Assembly (NCBI GenBank): GCA_950097015.1
Contig: CATNEN010000001.1
Coordinates: forward strand, 21,390,001 to 21,454,000
Source: Macrostomum hystrix
Taxonomy: Eukaryota; Animalia; Platyhelminthes
DNA length: 64,000 bases
Direction of reading: 5' to 3'
Positions 46,801-58,635 of this stretch are shown here, piece by piece. Made by a program: the position numbers and the translations under genes. The stretch's first letter is position 1. Every line of letters starts with the position of its first letter. The notes below the pieces were generated by a model. That model had not been told where the DNA came from. It was given only the letters and a program-made list of their open reading frames with translations, and made no database searches.

Positions 46801-49800
46801 GGAGATCAAGGTCACGCCTTTGACGGCTGCTTGGAGATGGAGGATTGTGGAAGGTGGGCAGTCCATTTAGGGCTGAGAATTCTCAGAGGCCAAGACTGAG
46901 GTCGCAGGAACTCACGAGAAGGAATTTGAATCTGAGTCTGAAAGACACGAGACCTACTCAAGCGCAGCGCCCATGGGGAAGAAAGTTCATTGGGAGAAGG
47001 CAGCCAGGAATCCCTCTATATGCTTACTTTTTATTCGTACTTATACGAGTATGAAGCTACACAATATTGCTGGCGTGATGAATGACTGACTCGGCACAGA
47101 GTGGGCAAGGTAGCTTTGCTGGGTGCGCCATAATCCCAAACTCGCCACACCTTTCTGCGCCGCACACGGATTAAACTAATCTGATTATGAGTCCCATGGC
47201 TAGGCCTAGGCGACAAGACTACTCATGTTAAATATTTTATAACTACATACTGAAGACAAGACTGCAATCTTAGCCCTACCCCCTGTCCTTCAGGCTGTTA
47301 ACATTCTACCCCCTGTCCTTCAGGCTGTTAACATTCTACCCCCTTTCCTTCAGGCTGTTAACATTCTACCCCCTGTCCTTCAGGCTGTTAACATTCTACC
47401 CCCTGTCCTTCAGGCTGTTAACATTCTACCCCCTGTCCTTCAGGCTGTTAACATTCTACCCCCTGTCCTTCAGGTTGTTAACATTCTACCCCCTGTCCTT
47501 CAGGCTGTTAACATTCTACCCCCTGTCCTTCAGGCTGTTAACATTCTACCCCCTGTCCTTCAGGCTGTTAACATTCTACCCCTTGTCCTTCAGGCTGTTA
47601 ACATTCTACCCCCTGTCCTTCAGGCTGTTAATATTCTACCCCCTGTCCTTCCGGCTGTTAGCCTCCCACCTCCTGTCCTTCAGGCTGTTAACATTCTACC
47701 CCTTGTCCTTCAGGCTGTTAGCCTCCCACCTCCTGTCCTTCAGGCTGTTAACATTCTACCCCTTGTCCTTCAGGCTGTTAGCCTCCCACCTCCTGTCCTT
47801 CAGGTTTTTAGCCTTTCACCTCCTGTCCCCCCAACTTATGATCCCTCAGTGCAAATAGCTTCTCACAAACACTTCTCACTAGCAAGTTAGAGCTAACGTC
47901 TGTCAAAGTTAACACTGTCATCTAACCCTAAGCTTGACCTGACAACTTGGCGATGCTGAGCAATTTGAGCACAGCTTGAGTAGAGGGCTACTCATGGTCC
48001 AACTGCTGCTAATAAAACCGTTTAAGATTGCCACCTTCAACAAAAGAAGCTATAAAGAGACATTCTAAGCCCAGGTGCACGCACAGCTGCACGCACAATG
48101 AATTGTAACCTCTGCAGTTTAGTGTGAGCTAGCAAATGCGACACAAATTAAAGTAGCTACAAGATAACTTTATATATTTTGCGAATTTTTGGTCTAATTA
48201 ATTTAGAAACGTCTCTGGAGTAAACTTTGCATACCTTGAAAAGCGCTTAAAAAATTGACACTACAGAAGTACGCGTAGCTTGCGATTCTTTTGCATTGCT
48301 TTGAAATGCTTTATATTTTCAACTTTTAAAGCATTAGCAGCTTTAAACAATGCTTCATGCAGTTCAGCTTTCTAAATCTTCATCGTTCTGACGTCATCGC
48401 TTTTAGTTTCTGTGCGCTTTCATTGCATTCCATTGTGCTTTTACAAAATTAGTAATACATTTAAATAGGCTAAGATTGTCTCTGTGACTCAAGTCTTAGT
48501 TTCGTGAGTACAATTGAGTACAATTTCTCTAAATTGTAAATTTAGACCGGGGGTCGGCAAACACCGGCCCGCGGGCCAGATGCGGCCCTCGAAGCTCCCA
48601 AATCCGGCCCTTTGCCCCTTCCGACACCTACAGTCTCCTGTCTTATCTCTCCTGTGTCTCATCTCTCCCGTGTCTCATCTCTCCCGTGTCTCATCTCTAC
48701 TGTGTCTCATCTCTACTGTGTCTCATCTCTCCCACGTCTCATCTCTCCCGTGTCTCATCTCTCCCGTGTCCATCTCTCCCGTGTCTTATCTCTCCCGTGT
48801 CTTATCTCTCCCGTGTCTTATCTCTCCCCTGTCTCATCTCTACCGTGTCTCATCTCTACTGTGTCTCATCTCTCCCGTGTCTCATTTCTCCCATGTCTCA
48901 TCTCTCCCGTGTCTCATCTCTCCCGTGTCTCATCTCTTCCCTGTCTCATCTCTCCCATTTCTCATATTTCTACCTTAAATGCGGCCCGCTGTCGTCTTTA
49001 CGTTCCCTCTTTGGCCCTCGACCCCTGATTTAGACCTTTGAGTCAGGAGATCGGCAATTAGTTGTAAATATATTATTTATTGAAGACTGCAGGATTGTGG
49101 GTAGTTTGGGGATTGGTAGGTTGGGGATCGGGTAGGTTGAGGATCGGGTAGGTTGGGTATCTGATAGGTCGGGGATTACGTAGGCAAAGCCAGTTTAAAA
49201 AATAACTCAAACCAATTTAATGGCTCATGAAATGACACTCAACTGATTTGACCTCAAAACTAGACAGGCGTCCAAAAGATCAATCTAATTTTTTAGCCAA
49301 AAAACTCGAAATCTTGATCGATTTTGGACCATGGATTTCAGTTCCGTAATCTTAGATCCTATCTAGATCCTCGATTTCAAATCCCTAATCTTAGATCCTA
49401 TCTAGATCCTCGATTTCAAATCCCTAATCTTAGATCCCATCTAGATCCTCGATTTCAAATCCCTAATCTTAGATCCCATCTAGATCCTCGATTTCAAATC
49501 CTTAATCTTAGATCCTATCTAGATCCTCGATTTCAGATCCCTAATCTTAGATCCTATCTAGATCCTCGATTTCAAATCCCTAATCTTAGATCCTATCTAG
49601 ATCCTCGATTTCAAATCCCTAATCTTAGATCCCATCTAGATCCTCGATTTCAAATCCCTAATCTTAGATCCCATCTAGATCCTCGATTTCAAATCCTTAA
49701 TCTTAGATCCTATCTAGATCCTCGATTTCAAATCCCTAATCTTAGATCCCATCTAGATCCTCGATTTCAAATCCCTAATCTTAGATCCCATCTAGATCCT

Positions 49801-52800
49801 CGATTTCAAATCCCTAATCTTAGATCCCATCTAGATCCTCGATTTCAAATCCTTAATCTTAGATCCTATCTAGATCCTCGATTTCAAATCCCTAATCTTA
49901 GATCCCATCTAGATCCTCGATTTCAAATCCCTAATCTTAGATCCCATCTAGATCCTCGATTTCAAATCCTTAATCTTAGATCCCATCTAGATCCCGGATT
50001 TCAAATCCCAAATCTTAGATCCTATATTAGATCCGGGATTTCAAATCCCTAACTGGGATGACATCTCCTAGCTGCTAAATTTCTGTTTATCTAAGATCCC
50101 AAATTCAAAACTGGTTTCAAATTTTAAATTCCCAGTGTCGTGTCATTATTGAGCTAGAGCACAATGACTGAAATTTCGTAGCAGATGCATCCAGCAGAGA
50201 GAGTAAAATTGGTTCAATGCGACATAAAAATGGACCAGAATACAGGAATTAGTTATGCAAATGAGTTCAAATCCCTATTCTGGCCATCGCATTGCCATTC
50301 GCGGCCCTGCTTGACACCAGATGAAAACAAACACTCACTTGGGGAAAAATTTTAATATTTAGTCTCCTGTCAGGATTCAGTATATTGGAAAGTTACAAAT
50401 ATATACTAAATTTATTTATGTCTAATGGTATTGCCAATTTTTTAATGCGAATTCCTTTTCGGGGAAGGGGCAATGAGATATTCCCTATGATGAGAATGGA
50501 CTCAGCTAAGGAAGGCTTTAATATAATAAGTATATAAGGAAAGGAATTCTGGGATGGATGGGAGTGGGACAGCATTGGCCACGCCCTACAATTTCATGCT
50601 CATAAGTGGCTACTTCAAACCCAGTTGCCATCTAAGCCTGGGATAGCATATAATAACAACTAGCAGCTATATAGTTGGGCGACTAACTATAGTGAAACTA
50701 GGAGCACACGCTATAGGCCTAAGATACACCGAGTGTGCACTATAAATTGTGAGTTGTTTGTTAAGCGCACGATTGGTTGGTGTGTGAGCGGCGGAGTAAA
50801 CAAGCCTATACTTTGGTAGGGCTAGTCGATGGACCAAAGAAAATTAATGCAATTGGTTCATCATATTGGCATATTGCAAGCTGTTATATGAATTTTAATG
50901 ACACTTATAAACCTATTTTTGCCAACCCTGTGCTCCCACAAAGTCCCCAGCACTCCGTCTTCAAGTCTAAAGTCTCTAAGACTCTAACTCCTTGAAATAC
51001 ATTCCTAATCTCCTCATCCCATATCTGCTTCCCAATCTCCTCATCCCATATCTGCTTCCCAATCTCCTCATCCCATATCTGCTTCCCAATCTCCTCATCC
51101 CAATATCTGCTTCCCAATCTCCTCATCCCAATATCTGCTTCCCAATCTCCTCATCCCAATATCTGCTTCCCAATCTCCTCATCCCATATCTGCTTCCCAA
51201 TCTCCTCATCCCAATATCTGCTTCCCAATCTCCTCATCCCATATCTGCTTCCCAATCTCCTCATCCCATATCTGCTTCCCAATCTCCTCATACCAGTATC
51301 TGCTTCCCAATCTCCTCATCCCAATATCTGCTTCCCAATCTCCTCATCCCAATATCTGCTTCCCAATCTCCTCATCCCATATCTGCTTCCCAATCTCCTC
51401 ATCCCATATCTGCTTCCCAATCTCCTCATCCCAATATCTGCTTCCCAATCTCCTCATCCCATATCTGCTTCCCAATCTCCTCATCCCATATCTGCTTCCC
51501 AATCTCCTCATCCCAATATCTGCTTCCCAATCTCCTCATCCCAATATCTGCTTCCCAATCTCCTCATCCCAATATCTGCTTCCCAATCTCCTCATCCCAT
51601 ATCTGCTTCCCAATCTCCTCATCCCAGTATCTGCTTCCTAATCTCCTCATCCCAATATCTGCTTCCCAATCTCCTCATCCCAATATCTGCTTCCTAATCT
51701 CCTCATCCCATATATGCTTCCCAATCTCCTCATCCCATATCTGCTTCCCAATCTCCTCATCCCATATCTGCTTCCCAATCTCCTCATCCCAATATCTGCT
51801 TCCCAATCTCCTCATCCCATATCTGCTTCCCAATCTCCTCATCCCATATCTGCTTCCCAATCTCCTCATACCAGTAGATCTGCTTCCCAATCTCCTCATC
51901 CCAATATCTGCTTCCCAATCTCCTCATCCCATATCTGCTTCCCAATCTCCTCATCCCATATCTGCTTCCCAATCTCCTCATCCCATATCTGCTTCCCAAT
52001 CTCCTCATCCCATATCTGCTTCCCAATCTCCTCATCCCAATATCTGCTTCCCAATCTCCTCATCCCATATCTGCTTCCCAATCTCCTCATCCCATATCTG
52101 CTTCCCAATCTCCTCATACCAGTATCTGCTTCCCAATCTCCTCATCCCAATATCTGCTTCCCAATCTCCTCATCCCATATCTGCTTCCCAATCTCCTCAT
52201 CCCATATCTGCTTCCCAATCTCCTCATCCCATATCTGCTTCCCAATCTCCTCATCCCATATCTGCTTCCCAATCTCCTCATCCGATATCTGCTTCCCAAT
52301 CTCCTCATCCCATATCTGCTTCCCAATCTCCTCATCCCAGTATCTGCTTCCTAATCTCCTCATCCCAATATCTGCTTCCCAATCTCCTCATCCCAATATC
52401 TGCTTCCTAATCTCCTCATCCCATATATGCTTCCCAATCTCCTCATCCCATATCTGCTTCCCAATCTCCTCATCCCATATCTGCTTCCCAATCTCCTCAT
52501 CCGATATCTGCTTCCCAATCTCCTCATCCCAATATCTGCTTCCCAATCTCCTCATCCCAATATCTGCTTCCCAATCTCCTCATCCCATATCTGCTTCCCA
52601 ATCTCCTCATCCCAATATCTGCTTCCCAATCTCCTCATCCCAATATCTGCTTCCCAATCTCCTCATCCCATATCTCATCTTCCTAATCTCCTCATCCCAA
52701 TAGCTGCTTCCTAATCTCCTTATCCCAATGTCCTCATCCCAATATCTGCTTCCTAATCTCTCATGTTAATATACAATAGCTTTTCTAAATCTCCTTTTCC

Positions 52801-54346
52801 CATTTTCAATCCAGACTAAAATCCCAATATTCTAATTGAATTTCCAATCGAGTTAATCAATATGTTCATCTCCCAGGTTTTCCCAAATCATGTTTTATTT
52901 TTCGTTGGCACTTGCTGACCCGTCTAATTGCACCTGTAATTACCCTAGCTCAAAAGGACTCAGGCAATTGATTACGTCTGCTAATCAGCGGTAGCTAAGT
53001 CGCAGAAAGCACTGCTTTCTAATTAAGCACTGAGAATGCAGCAGGAACTTGACGCTGGGAATAGGGGATCGAATCCCATCGATCAGCTGACAGTAAGGGA
53101 TCGAATCCCATCAATCAGCTGACAGTAAGGGATCGAATCCCATCGATCAGCTGACAGTAAGGGATCGAATCCCATCAATCAGCTGACAGTAAGGGATCGA
53201 ATCCCATCGATCAGCTGACAGTAAGGGATCGAATCCCATCAATCAGCTGACAGTAAGGGATCGAATCCCATCGATCAGCTGACAGTAAGGGATCGAATCC
53301 CATCGATCAGCTGACAGTAAGGGATCGAATCCCATCAATCAGCTGACAGTAAGGGATCGAATCCCATCGATCAGCTGACAGTAAGGGATCGAATCCCATC
53401 AATCAGCTGACAGTAAGGGATCGAATCCCATCGATCAGCTGACAGTAAGGGATCGAATCCCATCGATCAGCTGACAGTAAGGGATCGAATCCCATCAATC
53501 AGCTGACAGTAAGGGATCGAATCCCATCGATCAGCTGACAGTAAGGGATCGAATCCCATCAATCAGCTGACAGTAAGGGATCGAATCCCATCGATCAGCT
53601 GACAGTAAGGGATCGAATCCCATCAATCAGCTGACAGTAAGGGATCGAATCCCATCGATCAGCTGACAGTAAGGGATCGAATCCCATCGATCAGCTGACA
53701 GTAAGGGATCGAATCCCATCAATCAGCTGACAGTAAGGGATCGAGCCCTATCGATCATCTGACAGTAGAGCATCTAATCCCATCGATCAGCTGACAGTAA
53801 GGGATCAAATCCCATCGATCAGTGACAGTAAGGGATCGAATCCCATCGATCAGTGACAGTAAGGGATCGAATCCCATCGATCAGCTGACAGTAAGGGATC
53901 GAATCCAATCAATCAGCTGACAATAGGGGATCGAATCCCATCGATCAGCTGACAGTAAGGGATCGAATCCCATCGATCAGCTGAGAGTAAGGGATCGAAT
54001 CCCATCAATCAGCTGACAATAGGGGATCGAATCCCATCGATCAGCTGACAGTAAGGGATCAAATCCCATCGATCAGCTGACCGTACTAAAAACGGGTAGA
54101 TCATTGCCGATACAAATTACGTGGGTAAAATAGGATCCAATGTCATGGACTAGACAAAGACTAGTGGATTCTAGTAAGTTTTCACACCGAGTTAGGTCTC
54201 ACCGGATAATCAGACAGGTTGCTGAAGCTCTGAGCAGCGTGCTGCTGCGGTGGCTGCTGCTGCTGCTGCTGTTGGTGCAGTAGGTTAAGGCCAGCCAAGT
54301 CTCCAGCAGTGGATGTCCGTCTCTCGGTGCTGGACGTGCAGCCCAT
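28877..54346 (-). CDS. PDE8: cAMP phosphodiesterase 8 (REC-PAS-PDEase), ~15-16 coding exons
   Basis: Exons: 54346-54203 (MGCTSS...); 46068-45883 (probable); 44007-43757, 43540-43489 and 42260-42093 (REC); 38201-38064, 37946-37858 and 37277-37168 (PAS: YVNPAHERMFG, EWDG..RRKSG); 35897-35809 (SVTIEAPIHK); 35512-35345; 35251-35200; possibly ~34491-34438; ~30780-30302 (YHNATHGADV, HDLDHPGRTN; acceptor uncertain); 30003-29613; 29322-29193; 29082-28877. Confidence 0.93.
30872..30980. repeat. Short 23-bp tandem repeat AATCTATAGACTATTGTCACTCT
   Basis: 4-5 copies in a PDE8 intron. Confidence 0.8.
32005..34170. repeat. Intronic minisatellite, 20/22-bp unit AGAGATCTAG(AG)ATTTGGGATC
   Basis: About 2.1-kb tandem array. 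Confidence 0.97.
38485..39925 (+). repeat. hAT-like left end followed by expanded ~16-bp minisatellite TGTCTCATCTCTCCC(C/G)
   Basis: CAGGGGCCGGCAAACTCCGGCCC at 38485, then an array at 38511-39925; no right TIR seen. Confidence 0.88.
40690..41190. repeat. Intronic minisatellite, 21-bp unit AGAGTCAGGAAATAGACAGAG
   Basis: Tandem array. Confidence 0.93.
41773..42082. repeat. Intronic minisatellite, 30-bp unit GATGACAAAGACCACAAAACTGACAGAGAA
   Basis: About 10 copies starting ~10 nt inside a PDE8 intron. Confidence 0.93.
45097..45578 (-). mobile_element. tRNA-derived CORE-like SINE, copy 2, with expanded (AAT)n tail
   Basis: 45302-45578 is near-identical to copy 1 except for an internal deletion and a duplicated 5' end; 45097-45300 is an (AAT)n microsatellite. 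Confidence 0.9.
47277..47830. repeat. Intronic minisatellite, 30-bp unit CCCCCTGTCCTTCAGGCTGTTAACATTCTA
   Basis: Tandem array. Confidence 0.95.
48548..49027 (+). mobile_element. Non-autonomous hAT (Charlie-like) element carrying an internal minisatellite
   Basis: Ends are CGGGGGTCG... and ...CGACCCCTG, with subterminal CGGCCC/GGCCCGCGGGCC motifs. A perfect 8-bp TSD ATTTAGAC lies at 48540-48547 and 49028-49035. Confidence 0.85.
49345..50052. repeat. Intronic minisatellite, 39-bp unit CTTAGATCCCATCTAGATCCTCGATTTCAAATCCCTAAT
   Basis: About 18 tandem copies. Confidence 0.96.
51000..52760. repeat. Intronic minisatellite, 27/28-bp unit CCCAATCTCCTCATCCCA(A)TATCTGCTT
   Basis: About 1.75-kb tandem array. 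Confidence 0.96.
53064..54082. repeat. Intronic minisatellite, 32-bp unit GGGATCGAATCCCATC(G/A)ATCAGCTGACAGTAA
   Basis: About 32 nearly identical tandem copies with no spacers. Confidence 0.96.
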
Positions 54347-55019
54347 GACTTTAGTTACGATGGCAGCCTTAGCTTGTCGGCACTTGGGAGACTTTAGATC
54401 CCGTTCTGCTAGTTTGGGGATCTAATTAAAACAGGTAGCAAATTAACAGCCTAGTCTTGAGGCTGCTAAAATTCTTGAACGACTTTGACTTCTGAATATT
54501 GAATGCGATAGACTCCGCAGACGTTGAGACTTGAGAACAATAAAATCACACGGCAACAACAACTAGGCTGCTTTATCCGATGTCACCAGCTCGGCGACTG
54601 CTTCTCTCATGACAAAGCTGTTGACGTAGTTTAGGCTACTTTGCGTCTGAATGTCTACGCAGAGTAGGAATTGTAGCACCGCTCGAAGCCGATGACTCAC
54701 TCAGGTACTCTCCTCTTATATTAAATATCTAATGTTATTGTTTTGTTTTAATCCACAACTGATAATTATGCGCACATAATTAGTATAGAAACACAATAGA
54801 AGGCTGCTGAGGCAAGTTAACAATCATATTTGCGGGTAGAAGATTAAGATAGAACAGTGCGAGTACTGTGTCTCGTCTTTTCTTTTTTCTCTTCTCGCCT
54901 TCCAGTATCTGCGCTAAATTTGCTCGCAGTTGGCGTATAAGCAGGTACAAAATAACAACGTGCGCTTGTCGCGTCAAAGTAAGTCAGTTAAAAAGTAAAG
55001 TCCGTAAGTTATAATCGGC

Positions 55020-55420
55020 CGGGGTTGGTGGACGAGGGGTTTTAAGAAAACGCGAACAAGAAGGCGCCACCACCACCCCAGAGCGCGCGCGTGAGTCGCG
55101 TGTGCGTTAGTTCACTTCACACACCAAGAACGCGACCCGTCGTGCAAAGCTAAGGCCTGACCTCCAACGGGCTTTTGGGGTTAGAGGGGGGTGGGTGGAG
55201 TGGGGACGGCCTGTCAAGGGGCAGGAATTTGGTCCGCGCGCGTTTGGTTGGCTGGGGTTAGGGTGGGGGTGGTTGGCCTCTCGCGGAGGTGGTGGGGCGA
55301 GAGAAGAGAGCTAGAAGCGGTCCCGGGTATGTACAGCGCCGGAGAAAAATAGGCTTTTTGGGGTGGCCGCGCGGGGGGGAGGGAGCTGATTTCACGGCCG
55401 GCGCGCGCAAAGGCTAGTGT
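55020..55420. promoter_or_regulatory. GC/CpG-rich, G-run-rich probable promoter region upstream of PDE8
   Basis: Local rise in CpG (GCGCGC) and G tracts 0.7-1.1 kb 5' of the PDE8 ATG; no convincing ORF. Confidence 0.45.
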
Positions 55421-57095
55421 TTTGTGTTGGGGTGTTGGTGTTCATTATTAACTGGCAATCACCCCTGCTTCTCGAAGCCCTAAAACAGTTCTCCCTTATT
55501 GCTGTTAAGCTAGTCTCTTAAGCTTGGCGTTTCCCCAATCGGGTGTGGGGGATGGCGTTCTCCTCCTGTCCCTCTCCTCCTTTCTTCTCTTTCTAAAAAC
55601 GTGAAAAGGTTTTTAAATTGGAGCGAAGGCATCGGGCTCCGGGCGTTCAGGTGTGCCGTGCGCTCCGAGATAAGATTTTTGGAGGGAAGAAGGAAAAGGC
55701 TAAGGCTGAGGAAGAGGTAACTGCTGCGGTTGCCTTGTCTCATGATCCTCTCTGATGGGGACCTGTGAAAAAGCCTGATGAAAGAACAAGAGGAGGGATG
55801 TTGGGAAATCCCGAAGTTGATCGCAGCTTTTTAGGTCGTAGGAGAAATCGGCTTAGCACCCAGCCTAGAAGGAATCAATCAGCTGTCCGTCTTCTTGACT
55901 TTTTCCTCTCCTCTCGGCACTGAAGGCCGGGGGATTTCGGGCGTGGAATGCGAGAAGTCCAAAAGAAGCGAGAATCTTTTAACAAAGAAGAGAAAGCTAA
56001 CGGGAAAATCTTTGCCACCGTACGCGCGCTAACGATGCGGCAATGCCAATAACCCCCACGCTGGCCCACTGACCGATGACGGCTTGCCCCTCAAAACTCC
56101 AGGCCTGTCCCGAGCCGACCCACATTCAAGGCTATTAGGGACTTGACTATATCGGGATAGGAAATTTGAATTAACTGTCTTTATAGAGCTGTCAAACTCG
56201 TATAATAACAGTTTGTAGATTATCGTTAGCCTGAAGGTTTCTGAGCTAATAATAAACTACTCGATAACGAGTGCAGCTGTGTATTAACAATTGATATGTT
56301 GAAGCCTGGCTCTACACGCCGATTCTCAAAGGGTAATAATCGTCTATGACAAAAAGCTCTGTCTGGTGGCTTCTCTCTGCTGGATCTTGTACGCTAACAG
56401 AAATAATAAGTACAAACTGGTTTGATGACGTCAAAGCGGGACCAAGCCCTTTCCTCCTCGCATTCAGACTTTAGCCCACATCAGACAGACGGTGGAGAGA
56501 GAGAGAGACAGAGAGCAAACAATCGCAGGAAAGGGGAGGGGTCTGTGTGCATTAAGTATGCTATTATTATAAATTGTCACTCACTACTTAGTCTACTATG
56601 AGTAGGAGCGCAAGAATGTAAGCCGAAAAGCGTTTTTAAGTGCCCAAATAATTGTTGAAGATAATGACAAATATTCACTAGAAAGCGTTCGTTTTTTTCA
56701 GCTGAGTCATGCATTTGAAACTCGGGTGAGCACAGGAAGACACTGACAGTATTGCTTTTTGCCATGTGAGCACTCGATAGAGCAAGTTTAAGCAGAAAAT
56801 ATCATTTCATTTTTTCAAACCAACTCAAGGCGGGAAGGAATTTAAACTCGGGACCTCTACAAAACCTAAAATTGCAATCGCAACAGCTGCGAATCGACCA
56901 ATGATCAGATCGGAATGAGAATAGCTTGAGAACACGGAGACGGCATGGGGGGGCTTTTTGAGCTCGTAACAATGCAGGCTAACACAGGGTAGCTCAAAAT
57001 GAGAGTTATATTATGGAAGTAATAGTCGTCCTCCAACCCAGGTCTACCCGGATGCAGTGAGCAGTCTATTGTCAATTCGCTATCTTTATTAGACA

Positions 57096-58199
57096 ATGCT
57101 CAGGTTCAGGTATGCTCAGGCTTTGCTCTTGATCGTTGGTGCCACGGCCTACCTGTGCGTGAGCTTGTACAGCCGAGCTCAGCTCGCTGTCAGCAGAGAA
57201 CGCTTAGTCAACTTGCCACCGGTGGCGCGAGTGGCCGCGGAAGCTGACGCTGTGCGACCGCGACTGGAGCAGCCAAAGCCGCTATGCTCAGCCTACGAGG
57301 AGCTGAGAACTGTGAACTTCTTTAAGTTCAGACATCGACTTTGTTTGAAGGTCGAGGCCTACAGAAAGTCTGGGGCTGCTGGCTACCCGCTATGCGTCCT
57401 GCCGAACCCGTTCGCGCCGCAGCTAATGCGGCCAGTTCGTCAGGGCAGCGCGACTGCTCGCATTCGCGATACGAGCGGCCAGCTGCTGCGAATGTTTGTC
57501 TATCCTGCACGGGATCTGATCTCAGACTCGATCTTGCGGACGCACTCGTGGGAGCCCCGCATCGTGAGCACGATAATGAAGTTAGCAAGGAAAATACCCG
57601 AGGCCACGTTTCTGGATGCGGGCTGCAACATCGGCGTCTACAGTCTGCTGGCAGCGAAGCTCGGCCTGCCGGTCGTGTCCCTGGACGCGAACATCCGCAA
57701 TCTGCTCCGACTGCAGCTCAGCTTGAACGCGGCGGCCCTGAAGGCGGCCCTAGTGTGGAACTTCATCGGCTCTGGGGACCAGCTGAGCTACTTAAACTTC
57801 CCCGGTGACTGCAACGTCGGCGGAGCAACAAAATTCGGCAGGGCCGTGACAGACACGATCCCCGTGATGCCCGTGCGCAGCGAGCAGCTGTGCCGCCTCA
57901 TCGGCACCAAGAATGTCGTCATCAAGCTGGACGTTGAAGGCGGAGAGGCCGACTTCCTGAGGACATCGGGTTGCCTATTTAGCCGTTTCAAAGTGGCCGT
58001 TGTGCAAATGGAGTTTCTGAAGAGGCACATGGTTGGCAGCGACAGTGCCACCATTGTGAACTTCTTCGCCACCAGAAAGTACACAGCGTGGAAGACGCCA
58101 GAGCTTTCAGCTCTGGACTTGAGGAAATCAGAGAGCTGGGAAGACTGCGATCTGCTGTGGGTGCACCGCGAGTTTCAGAGCCTGCTGCTAAGGAATTGA
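57096..58199 (+). CDS. FkbM-family (Methyltransf_21) SAM-dependent methyltransferase with N-terminal signal anchor
   Basis: 367-aa intronless ORF with a hydrophobic stretch ALLLIVGATAYLCVSLY after a short basic N-terminus. Motifs: DLISDSI....WEP, motif I FLDAGCNIGVYSL, and VIKLDVEGGE. Confidence 0.88.
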   Translation: MLRFRYAQALLLIVGATAYLCVSLYSRAQLAVSRERLVNLPPVARVAAEADAVRPRLEQPKPLCSAYEELRTVNFFKFRHRLCLKVEAYRKSGAAGYPLCVLPNPFAPQLMRPVRQGSATARIRDTSGQLLRMFVYPARDLISDSILRTHSWEPRIVSTIMKLARKIPEATFLDAGCNIGVYSLLAAKLGLPVVSLDANIRNLLRLQLSLNAAALKAALVWNFIGSGDQLSYLNFPGDCNVGGATKFGRAVTDTIPVMPVRSEQLCRLIGTKNVVIKLDVEGGEADFLRTSGCLFSRFKVAVVQMEFLKRHMVGSDSATIVNFFATRKYTAWKTPELSALDLRKSESWEDCDLLWVHREFQSLLLRN

Positions 58200-58409
58200 G
58201 CATTTCATCATGTGACAACAGCTGCTAGCCCTCTTGCATTACGTACGCCTAGCAGTAGCTACTTTAAATATATCAGTTCAAATTACTTCAATGTCGAGTT
58301 CGAATTCTTTGTACGGTTATTCTGCCGCATAATACACTTTCGGTTCAATAATTGCGAAGTCCGTGCGTAGTAAAAAAATTAGCACCTATGACCTTAAAGC
58401 TCGTAAAAT

Positions 58410-58635
58410 CGGTCATAGCTCTCAATTTCCTCAGTATTGGGTCATAGCTCTGAGTTACCTCAGTAAGTCGATCGCGGTCAAAGCTCTGAGTTCCTCGGTC
58501 GTAGCTCTTAGTAAATCGGTCATAGCTCTCATCAAATCGGTCATAGCTCTCAGCAAATCGGTCATAGCTCTCAGTAAATCGGTCATAGCTCTCAGTAAAT
58601 CGGTCATAGCTCTCAGTAAATCGGTTATAGCTATT
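58410..58635. repeat. Minisatellite, 21-bp unit AAATCGGTCATAGCTCTCAGT
   Basis: Tandem copies downstream of the methyltransferase. Confidence 0.88.

Noticed and set aside
53064-54082. CRISPR-like array of 32-bp palindromic repeats (also 2219-3600)
   Set aside because: Units are directly adjacent with no unique spacers, there are no cas genes, and the context is eukaryotic.
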